38,815 nt of DNA, from positions 1 to 38,815 of the IMG/VR virus record IMGVR_UViG_3300043447_000765; one strand, 5' to 3'. The DNA is from a virus. Its lineage: Duplodnaviria > Caudoviricetes. Within the stretch, counting starts at the first letter, position 1, and every line of letters begins with the position of its first letter. Made by a program: the position numbers and the translations under genes. Positions 17,266-24,732 of the stretch are shown piece after piece. The notes beneath the pieces were generated by a model. The model was not told the DNA's origin. It was given only the letters and a program-made list of their open reading frames with translations, and searched no databases.

Positions 17266-19170
17266 TTATTGGTTTCCTTCTAAGGGGTTTGTTGGCATTT
17301 CTGGCATATCGGGAAGTTCGCCACCACGATTACCGCCTCCACCTGCTGGTGTGGCTTCTGGAGCAGGGGCGCCAGCGGGCTGAGGTTGTTGCAATCCAGA
17401 AAGTGCCATATGTTCCTGAATATGTGCAAGGGTCGAAGCAACTATGCCCGGATTCGCTCTAGACTCTGGAGATGCAAGGACAACTTTATGCTCTTGAATG
17501 TGAAGTTGATGCGTGTCGGTTGCTATCACTTGAGGTTGCTGCCCTTCTGACATCATCTCGTTTTCAGAACGAATTAGTAATAGCTCCGCTTGAATCGATT
17601 CGTACATAGGTTCTAGGCGACCGGTTGTAATAACTTCAATATACTGTTGAGGCGTCTGGACTAGACCTCGTTCTAACAGCTGATCGGCCATATTGACGCG
17701 TCCAGCGGTGGTTCTAGTCATAGGATTCCCCATGTCTACGACAACTCGGCTGATCAGGTTTAGGTCGGTGCCCTTAAACTGTTTCATGTAAGAGCGATTG
17801 CTTTTACCGACAAGCAAAGCAACGCGCGGGACCGTTGCATAGTCTTGCAGCAATTGAATAGTTGCTGTGCCGACGTCTTCTAGGAGCTGGGCGTAAGATT
17901 GTTGGAGACCCTGGGCAAATTGAATCGCAAGGGATTGGACAAGAGCGAGGGCTGCCCCGCTCTTTAGGTTGGCCTCTGGATTACCCCGTGCAACCGAATT
18001 AACGCCCATGACGGTCTCCATATCGTGAACTAACTGCTCACGAAAGGCAAAAACTTCCTGAGGGGTAGCGGTCAAGTTTAAAGGAATTGGCGGCCCAGCT
18101 TTAGGGTCAAACTCAACTATATTAAGGCCGCCGCTCAAATTAATTACATTGAGTCCATTGCCTTTAGGTACAGCTATGTTTTGTACGCCGAATGCGGCCT
18201 GGTTAGTTAAAATTGTGCTGTCCAGTTTATCGACTGCCTCTTGCAGGGCAAGCAGGTCAAACGAGTTGGAATACCCAAAAATGCTTTCTTCCATCTCCCG
18301 CGGCGCAATGCGGTAAAGAGGAATGTCACGATAAGGGAGGGCCCCGTCATGATAAACGATATCAGTGTCAGTAAATTCTACAATACGACCGTCAGGTACT
18401 GCGTCAGACTTTTTGTGGTAAAAGCTATAAACTGGGATATCATCGCAATCTTCGGTTTGGCGCCGACGAATGTCATCAAAAAAGGTATTGAGGCCGTACT
18501 CTTCGTCATTTTGTGACCAGTTCCATCCCAAGATCTTATCTTTTAGCTCTGGATACTTAGCGGCTAAGTCATGGCGATTTTTCATGCGACGAACCATAAC
18601 CCAATTTTGAGAGCCGTTTACGTCACGGATTACCTGGAGGGTATTAAAAGCTTCAAAATCAATGTCACCTTCCCGAATTTGGCGACCTGTTTCAGGATCT
18701 ACAGTATAGATTTCACCTTCTGTGGAGTTCCAGAAGGCGCCTACAAAGCCTTCCGCATAGCGGATAGCGTAATCGGTGGCACGGTTGGTGAAACGCTCCA
18801 TTTTCTTGGTGCGTTCGTATGATTCTAAGAGCGTCGCGGCCAGTTTGACCTGAATCATGCTTTCGGAGTCGGTATTGACAGCCTTTGGCTCGAATGCGGG
18901 GCGTTGACTGACCGTCATCTGCAGGCGATGCTGGCATAGGTTTGCGTAGTGGTTAACGCAAATATTGACGTATTCGCCTTGATCACCTGTTTGGACGATT
19001 TCGCCTAAACGTAGACCAGAGCGATAAAATGTCTCGAAACTGCGTCTCAGTAAGGAAAGGCGGCCGGAGCGTGCAAGCTCTTTAAAATATTCATCTTTTT
19101 TCTTGATCAGCTCGTCGCCAATTTCATTAACCGGAAGCAGGGCAAAGTAATTTTTATAATCCATAGACAA
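17266..19170 (-). CDS. Portal protein
   Basis: 634 aa directly after the terminase; RPAFEPKAVN.D and GVNSVARG...KSG.AL motifs and a Q/P-rich tail as in podovirus portals. Confidence 0.88.
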   Translation of the reverse strand: MSMDYKNYFALLPVNEIGDELIKKKDEYFKELARSGRLSLLRRSFETFYRSGLRLGEIVQTGDQGEYVNICVNHYANLCQHRLQMTVSQRPAFEPKAVNTDSESMIQVKLAATLLESYERTKKMERFTNRATDYAIRYAEGFVGAFWNSTEGEIYTVDPETGRQIREGDIDFEAFNTLQVIRDVNGSQNWVMVRRMKNRHDLAAKYPELKDKILGWNWSQNDEEYGLNTFFDDIRRRQTEDCDDIPVYSFYHKKSDAVPDGRIVEFTDTDIVYHDGALPYRDIPLYRIAPREMEESIFGYSNSFDLLALQEAVDKLDSTILTNQAAFGVQNIAVPKGNGLNVINLSGGLNIVEFDPKAGPPIPLNLTATPQEVFAFREQLVHDMETVMGVNSVARGNPEANLKSGAALALVQSLAIQFAQGLQQSYAQLLEDVGTATIQLLQDYATVPRVALLVGKSNRSYMKQFKGTDLNLISRVVVDMGNPMTRTTAGRVNMADQLLERGLVQTPQQYIEVITTGRLEPMYESIQAELLLIRSENEMMSEGQQPQVIATDTHQLHIQEHKVVLASPESRANPGIVASTLAHIQEHMALSGLQQPQPAGAPAPEATPAGGGGNRGGELPDMPEMPTNPLEGNQ

Positions 19171-19172
19171 CC

Positions 19173-20594
19173 TTATTTCCTCTTGTTAAGTCCGACTAAC
19201 TTATTGATCTGATTTACAATTTCTTTCTTTTCTTGCTGCTCTCGGCGCCATTCACGCGGCCCCTGAGCGTCCTTGTATTTGGGAACCTCATTGCGGGAAA
19301 AGTCAACGTTTCTAATGAAATACACTAATGCGGCAAGGTGATCGAAATGGCCAAAACGGGCGCTTCTGTCGAACTTTTTGCGGTGTTTGTCCCATATTCC
19401 GGCTTCAATAGAGCCAATTGTCTTCGAGCAGTTGGGTTTTATGAATAGGCGCCCTTCTTTTACGACCCTCCGCAGGTCGTTGACCATGGCGTGGAGTTCG
19501 TCCTTATTCGTCGCCCCGAAATAGAGCCCGTGGATGTAGCCCAAGTCTTGCAAAAGCATAGGGTTATTATTATCCGCAATTCGCTTATAGGGAGCTGGCA
19601 TGTCCGGCCAGAGGTCGTGCTCTACCTTACGGATTTTGGCAACCAGGTCAGGGGTAGTCATCTGTGGACCATTCATGTCGAACTCGTCTTCAATTACGAT
19701 CCGGTCGTTTACTACGTCGTAGTAACCAAATAGGACGGCCGTTAAGTCTACCTTTACCCCTAAGTCCATAGAGACGTAGCGGTCCAGGTATTTAAAGTCT
19801 TCGGGGCGAGGCAGGTCTTGGATAAACTTTTTGTTCCACTCCGGCACGATAGCACGCTGCTCGTCGACTACATGTTCACAGAGATATTCACGACGCCAAT
19901 CACTTTCCGTTAGACACTCTTCCTTTGCTGAAGCGATGAGGTCTTCGGTCATCATTGGGTTGTCAAAAATTGTCAGTTTGACATAAGCTTTTTGCTTAAT
20001 GGCCAGGTCGCAAAAGTAGCTAAAATCGTGCGCCGGAGTCATTGAGGGCGTAGACAACATTAAAATACGGCTGTCAGGCCGCGTTAGCATCTGCGGGGCT
20101 ATAACGCTTGAATAGGTTTTTTTAAGATCTTCTACTATCCCGGCCTCATCAATAATGTAAAGATCACAATAGTTACCCCTGAGGCCTTCCGGGTTCTTAT
20201 CAAGGCCGACAAGCTTAATTTCGGCGCCGTTTGGGAAGATGAATTTATTCTTGCTCTTCAGGAAGCCCGTTTCCCAGCCTGCCCATAGCTCCTCCGGGCA
20301 ATCATGGAGAACCTCCCGAAAAGCCGGAAGAATATATTCCTCTAATGTGGTTACGTGTGAGCTGGCAATTTTTATTTTAGGGTTGCTGTTTTTGCATGTG
20401 AGGGCGCATTCGATCGCTTTCACGACCAGCCAAAAGGTTTTACCGAATCGGCGGGAGCAATTGGCTACGAACAGTTTCTTCTGAACCCTCTGATAAGACT
20501 TCTCAATGACCTTCTGCCCGTCATGCAACTTGAACGACAGGTTGCCGCGGGTCCAAAGGACGTATCGGGCGGTCTCTGCTTTAACCTTTGGCAT
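19173..20594 (-). CDS. terL: Terminase large subunit
   Basis: Walker A RRFGKT, LRG...YIIDEAG Walker B, coupling motif LSTP, nuclease SMDLG..D and HFDHLAA. Confidence 0.95.
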   Translation of the reverse strand: MPKVKAETARYVLWTRGNLSFKLHDGQKVIEKSYQRVQKKLFVANCSRRFGKTFWLVVKAIECALTCKNSNPKIKIASSHVTTLEEYILPAFREVLHDCPEELWAGWETGFLKSKNKFIFPNGAEIKLVGLDKNPEGLRGNYCDLYIIDEAGIVEDLKKTYSSVIAPQMLTRPDSRILMLSTPSMTPAHDFSYFCDLAIKQKAYVKLTIFDNPMMTEDLIASAKEECLTESDWRREYLCEHVVDEQRAIVPEWNKKFIQDLPRPEDFKYLDRYVSMDLGVKVDLTAVLFGYYDVVNDRIVIEDEFDMNGPQMTTPDLVAKIRKVEHDLWPDMPAPYKRIADNNNPMLLQDLGYIHGLYFGATNKDELHAMVNDLRRVVKEGRLFIKPNCSKTIGSIEAGIWDKHRKKFDRSARFGHFDHLAALVYFIRNVDFSRNEVPKYKDAQGPREWRREQQEKKEIVNQINKLVGLNKRK

Positions 20595-20814
20595 ACTTCA
20601 GCAATTCGCTATCAGGTAAGTCTTTACGATTACTGCGCACGCCGGCAGGAGTTCCTTTTTTGGGGTGCACACGCAGAAGGGTGGCGTAGACCTCACTGAG
20701 AGCTTGCAGGCGCTCGATGTCTTCTTTGGACAAAGGCGCTTCTTTGCTCTTATCGGCGAGGAACTTGATTTGTTGGTCTAGGATTTTGTCGAATTTATCG
20801 ATTGTTGAAGACAT
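20581..20814 (-). CDS. Small helical protein, possible terminase small subunit
   Basis: Position immediately upstream of terL; ends DLPDSELLKY. Confidence 0.4.
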   Translation of the reverse strand: MSSTIDKFDKILDQQIKFLADKSKEAPLSKEDIERLQALSEVYATLLRVHPKKGTPAGVRSNRKDLPDSELLKYAKG

Positions 20815-21121
20815 CTTTAAACCCCATAGATACTTTCATCCGCTCTACGTCATTAGCGAGGGCTTCGATGCGCATCTTGTCTGCGTCAGCGATAGCGATG
20901 GTCGATACATCTTTTTTCTGGCGATGTGTGCGCTGACTCCATCGCTTTATCGAGTAGCTGGCAATAACGGGAAGGAGGACGGCGGCCTCACTCATGGAGA
21001 AGCTCTGAGTAAGCGCTAGTTTAGTGATCACGACCATGAGGGCGATGTTGGTTAGCGAGATTGTTCCAGTTTCGTCTAGGAAACGGAAGAAATCAAGCGC
21101 TTTTAGGATTTTTGACTTCAT
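20795..21121 (-). CDS. Two-TM membrane protein (holin-like)
   Basis: Likely start ATG 21121 (GGAG RBS); hydrophobic SLTNIALMVVITKLAL and AAVLLPVIASY; charged C-terminal tail. Confidence 0.55.
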   Translation of the reverse strand: MKSKILKALDFFRFLDETGTISLTNIALMVVITKLALTQSFSMSEAAVLLPVIASYSIKRWSQRTHRQKKDVSTIAIADADKMRIEALANDVERMKVSMGFKDVFNNR

Positions 21122-21314
21122 TGCATAACTCCATGGATCTTTTGCTGTAGAGAGCAACGGCCTCACCGTAAGTGGTGGGCTCAAGGGTTAGTTTTTGGAT
21201 CACCAACTCGCCGCTAACATCGTCGAGAAACAACTGCTCGACGACGAATAGCGCACGAATCGGACGGATGGTCAGATACTTAACTTTCGGTTGGAGCCAC
21301 AACTTGAGGTTCAT
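21093..21314 (-). CDS. Hypothetical protein
   Basis: ORF fills the gap in the operon; start uncertain. Confidence 0.4.
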   Translation of the reverse strand: MNLKLWLQPKVKYLTIRPIRALFVVEQLFLDDVSGELVIQKLTLEPTTYGEAVALYSKRSMELCNEVKNPKSA

Positions 21315-21561
21315 TTGCCGCTTCCTTTGCTGCTTTTTCTTTTAGCTTCGCTACATCTGATTCTAAAATGTCAATCTGTGACTTAAAGAATGGAACTAGT
21401 CTTTTCAGCATGTCTTTAGTCGGCTCGACATCCTCAGCTACATAGGCCGGATAGAAGCCGCGGGCTACTACACGGCCAGCTTTTTCTAAACCTTTGAGCA
21501 AACGCTCACGGTCTTGAATGAAGTTCTCTAATTGGGCGATTTGTTGTTCGGTTTGGGTCAT
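21280..21561 (-). CDS. Coiled-coil hypothetical protein, first gene of the packaging operon
   Basis: AAGGA RBS; helical hairpin pattern. Confidence 0.65.
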   Translation of the reverse strand: MTQTEQQIAQLENFIQDRERLLKGLEKAGRVVARGFYPAYVAEDVEPTKDMLKRLVPFFKSQIDILESDVAKLKEKAAKEAANEPQVVAPTES

Positions 21562-21582
21562 TTTATATTTCCTTTCATAAGC

Positions 21583-21626
21583 TTGACATTAGGGGTAACT
21601 ATTGTTACCATGTAACTAAAGTTACC
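21583..21626 (+). promoter_or_regulatory. Sigma70 promoter overlapped by two tandem palindromic operators
   Basis: TTGACA (21583-88), 17 bp, TACCAT; GGTAAC-TATT-GTTACC (21594-609) and GTAAC-TAAA-GTTAC (21612-625). Confidence 0.7.
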
Positions 21627-21640
21627 ACAGAAGGAAACCG

Positions 21641-22024
21641 ATGTCAACACCGAAGAGGAAAAAAATGTATATACCAAAAAACCTTAGATGGGCATGTGAT
21701 TACGACTACTTACACAAGCTCTCGCCTAAAGACCGTGAATATTACATGAAATTTGTTAATGAATTCTACTGCGGATCGGTAAAAAAGGGCGATAAAACAG
21801 CCCTTCATAACACCGACGTCCTGAGAAAGGACGTATATACTCGCAAGAATGCGGCCAATAGGGATTTGCTGAGTATTAGTAAAAGTGCAGGTTTAGTTTC
21901 AAGCTTGAATGCTAACTCTGGGGAGACTAAAATGACGACTCCTGACGACCTTAGGCGCCGTCAGGAAATGGAGTCATATGCGGATTTGTGGGAATACTTA
22001 GCGAAACAGCGGCCTAAGTGCTAG
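21641..22024 (+). CDS. Lone + strand hypothetical protein (candidate regulator)
   Basis: AAGGA RBS and its own promoter; basic, aromatic-rich DYDYLHKLS...KF.NEFY...N..NRD. Confidence 0.75.
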   Translation: MSTPKRKKMYIPKNLRWACDYDYLHKLSPKDREYYMKFVNEFYCGSVKKGDKTALHNTDVLRKDVYTRKNAANRDLLSISKSAGLVSSLNANSGETKMTTPDDLRRRQEMESYADLWEYLAKQRPKC

Positions 22025-22761
22025 GCGGTAAACTTCTTGCCTTCAAACACGACCGTATAGTCAACCACCGGAATTGCTTGTAAATATATAAACCCAGTTG
22101 TTTCGTCCATATAAGCGACGCCGAATCCTAACGACCAGTCTTTGATTACTTTCGCTTTACTCATATAATCAATCGCGTTAACGTCTCCGAGCCAACCGAA
22201 ACTAGCGGCGATGTGGCGCTTCCCCTCAATGTTACCCTCGACTGCGACCCCGATACGATGGGTGTGACCGGAAACTACGTTGCGCTGGAATACTTCACCT
22301 ACCTTGTAATGAGCGAAACGGCCCGAACCACCGACGTCATGCGTCATGAACAGCTTTCCAAGGCGATGAAACTGACGATAGGGAACATATTCCCAATTAG
22401 ATTCAGCTAGCTTTAGAATGCCCGGGATACTGATTACGTCAAATAGCTCGGGGCATTTGTCTTGTACGTATCGTTGGAGGCGGTCTTCATGGTTGCCTGC
22501 CAGGAAGATCTTTTTTTGTGCGCCTAGGGCGTCAAGTTGTAGCAACATACTGCGACAAACTTTTATTTCGTTGCCAAACTCCATGGCCATCTTTGGATTG
22601 CGAGAGTGGCTGCTGACGGCGTAACAGTCGGCGAAATCACCCAAAGACACGATTGTGTCGGGCTTCCAAGCCTTAGCGACCTTAAGCATTAGGTTCCATG
22701 CGCGTTTATCATGATAGGGGGCGTGGACGTCACTGAAAATTAGGACTTTCTTTAAGCTCAT
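22021..22761 (-). CDS. Calcineurin-like metallophosphoesterase
   Basis: SDVH, GDFAD, GNHE, THD, GHTH motifs. Confidence 0.92.
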   Translation of the reverse strand: MSLKKVLIFSDVHAPYHDKRAWNLMLKVAKAWKPDTIVSLGDFADCYAVSSHSRNPKMAMEFGNEIKVCRSMLLQLDALGAQKKIFLAGNHEDRLQRYVQDKCPELFDVISIPGILKLAESNWEYVPYRQFHRLGKLFMTHDVGGSGRFAHYKVGEVFQRNVVSGHTHRIGVAVEGNIEGKRHIAASFGWLGDVNAIDYMSKAKVIKDWSLGFGVAYMDETTGFIYLQAIPVVDYTVVFEGKKFTA

Positions 22762-23246
22762 TCTAGTACCTCTCTTATTTGATTTAGTAATCGGCCTTTA
22801 AACCGTTTTGAAGCAGACGCAAGTCTATTTGTATCGCACATCCTGAGCCACTCGAAGTTATCTGGGGAGTAACCGTATCGTGGATCGAGGCGAACTGGAG
22901 CAGGGGCCGAACCTAATGCATAGTTTGATAAGGTCCAATGGCGATGCAGGTTAAGGTAATTGGTGCACATGATTGAGAAGTTACGGAACTCTTCCCACGA
23001 ACAAATATAAGGTACTTTACGCACTTCCAACTTGTTGCGTAAGCGGGCGTATGTTTCCCGAAGATATCCGTTAAAACTTTTTCGATAGTAGAGTTTATTG
23101 CGCTTAGTGGCATCCAAATAATTTGCGTCCCGCCGACGCTTGATAACGTCCGGCTTTAGTTCGTAGACGAATTTGTTGTAGCATTTAATGCAGTAGCCAC
23201 GGGCGGCGAATTCAAGACTACAGCCGGTTGTTTTACATGACCTCAT
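22758..23246 (-). CDS. Degenerate HNH-like endonuclease-related protein with N-terminal Cys cluster
   Basis: C....C...RGYC..CY; APAPVRLDPRYGYSPDNFEWL resembles the PSIDRID...GY...N..W motif. Confidence 0.5.
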   Translation of the reverse strand: MRSCKTTGCSLEFAARGYCIKCYNKFVYELKPDVIKRRRDANYLDATKRNKLYYRKSFNGYLRETYARLRNKLEVRKVPYICSWEEFRNFSIMCTNYLNLHRHWTLSNYALGSAPAPVRLDPRYGYSPDNFEWLRMCDTNRLASASKRFKGRLLNQIREVLE

Positions 23247-24448
23247 TTTTTAATCCTTACGTAGGTAGCGATGCCGGTTTTTGCATTCGATGTCTGCACA
23301 ATATCTCCCCGAGCTACCAGACCATTGACGGCTCCGATAAAAGCGTTGTCGAGCGGGACCGCTTGGCTGTCCTGTACGAAAACTTGCAGCAGGGCGCTCA
23401 ATGTGATTCCTTCTGCGGGGATGCGGCGAAATATTTTGTCCATTAAGTTCGGGTCGTCTTTCAATACGATTGGCGTGAAAGCAGTCGGGATGTCTTTTTC
23501 AATCTCCGACATGAAGGCGTCGGCCTGTTCGAGGTCTTCTACGTCAATAATGCCTGTGTTCTTGTCGAGCACGCTCAAGATCATGGCCAGTTTACGGACA
23601 TGAGTGTTGCGGCGAGCCATATAAGAGGAATAGAGAGTCTCTGCGGGGTTGGCGGTGAACCACGTCTCGACCGAGTCTTCTAATTTGTTTATCACGCCTT
23701 CGGCGTGAGGAGAAGTTAACAGCGGTCCACGCATTTCACGGATTTTCCTTAAGCGATTCTGGATCTTGGCCAATGTTGGATGCCCCTTAATTGAATAGCC
23801 GGTGCGGTCACCTTTTGGCTTCTTTGGCTCCACTACGAAAATGAAACGAGAGATGATGCCGGTACCGCAGATTTGTAGCATCTTGCTGTCTGCAATGTTC
23901 TTTTGGGTCGTACAGCCGAGAATTGTGAGGGCGGGGCTGATGACTTCGAGGTCACCGTCTTTTACTGTGCTCTTTTTCCAAGCGACGCCGGGAGGCTTGG
24001 GGTCAAAGAAGTTTAAAAGATCGATGGTCATCTCGCCGCCCCCGATATCGCGGTAGAAGGTATTGAATTCACCAGCGTACACGAACATTGGACTGGACAA
24101 GAATTTGTTTAGGATGTTCTTGCTGTTATTGGCTCTAAATATATGGACCATGGCTGCCGGGGAGGCGATTGATGGGCCAAACCATGGTCCTTCTGCGTCC
24201 GTCGAGATGGGGAGTAGGCAATCATAGACGGCACGCTCTGCGGTAGTCGTTTTGTAGTATCCTGGACCACCAACTAATAAAACATACATTGTGGGGTATA
24301 AGAAACCACCGCCGCGATCCATCATCCACACTTTGTTCTCAAGCACAGCGGAGACCATCGAGAAAAACGACCATTTGACGTAGCGATCGCTGAAACCGAA
24401 GGGCTTCATTAGATCAGTGTATTCTTGTAGAAGCGTGTGATGAATCAT
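23243..24448 (-). CDS. DUF3987-like P-loop ATPase (putative replicative helicase)
   Basis: YVLLVGGPGYYKTT Walker A-like; LTILGCTT; G..SRFIFV arginine finger; KLAMIL. Confidence 0.75.
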   Translation of the reverse strand: MIHHTLLQEYTDLMKPFGFSDRYVKWSFFSMVSAVLENKVWMMDRGGGFLYPTMYVLLVGGPGYYKTTTAERAVYDCLLPISTDAEGPWFGPSIASPAAMVHIFRANNSKNILNKFLSSPMFVYAGEFNTFYRDIGGGEMTIDLLNFFDPKPPGVAWKKSTVKDGDLEVISPALTILGCTTQKNIADSKMLQICGTGIISRFIFVVEPKKPKGDRTGYSIKGHPTLAKIQNRLRKIREMRGPLLTSPHAEGVINKLEDSVETWFTANPAETLYSSYMARRNTHVRKLAMILSVLDKNTGIIDVEDLEQADAFMSEIEKDIPTAFTPIVLKDDPNLMDKIFRRIPAEGITLSALLQVFVQDSQAVPLDNAFIGAVNGLVARGDIVQTSNAKTGIATYVRIKK

Positions 24449-24732
24449 GCGACCCTCTCGCTGAACAGTTCGACGAGAGCCTCTAGTTCTTCCATTGCGA
24501 GGACAATCGATTCTTCGCTAATTTCTCCTCGAGCGTTTACATGCAATGCGTTGCTAATAATTTTAATGTCTCCCGAATCCGTTAACCGAATTGTGAAGCG
24601 CTCTAGGCGTTTGTCAAGCAAAGTTTTTGCGTGAAGCTCATCGTTTGATTCCGATAGTGTACGCCTAAGCTCCTGCCCTATTGATATGTAGGACCGGATG
24701 CTTTCGTGTAACTTTTGTCTTAATCTGTTCAA
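24445..24732 (-). CDS. Hypothetical protein
   Basis: Coupled ORF between the polymerase and helicase genes. Confidence 0.6.
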   Translation of the reverse strand: MNRLRQKLHESIRSYISIGQELRRTLSESNDELHAKTLLDKRLERFTIRLTDSGDIKIISNALHVNARGEISEESIVLAMEELEALVELFSERVA

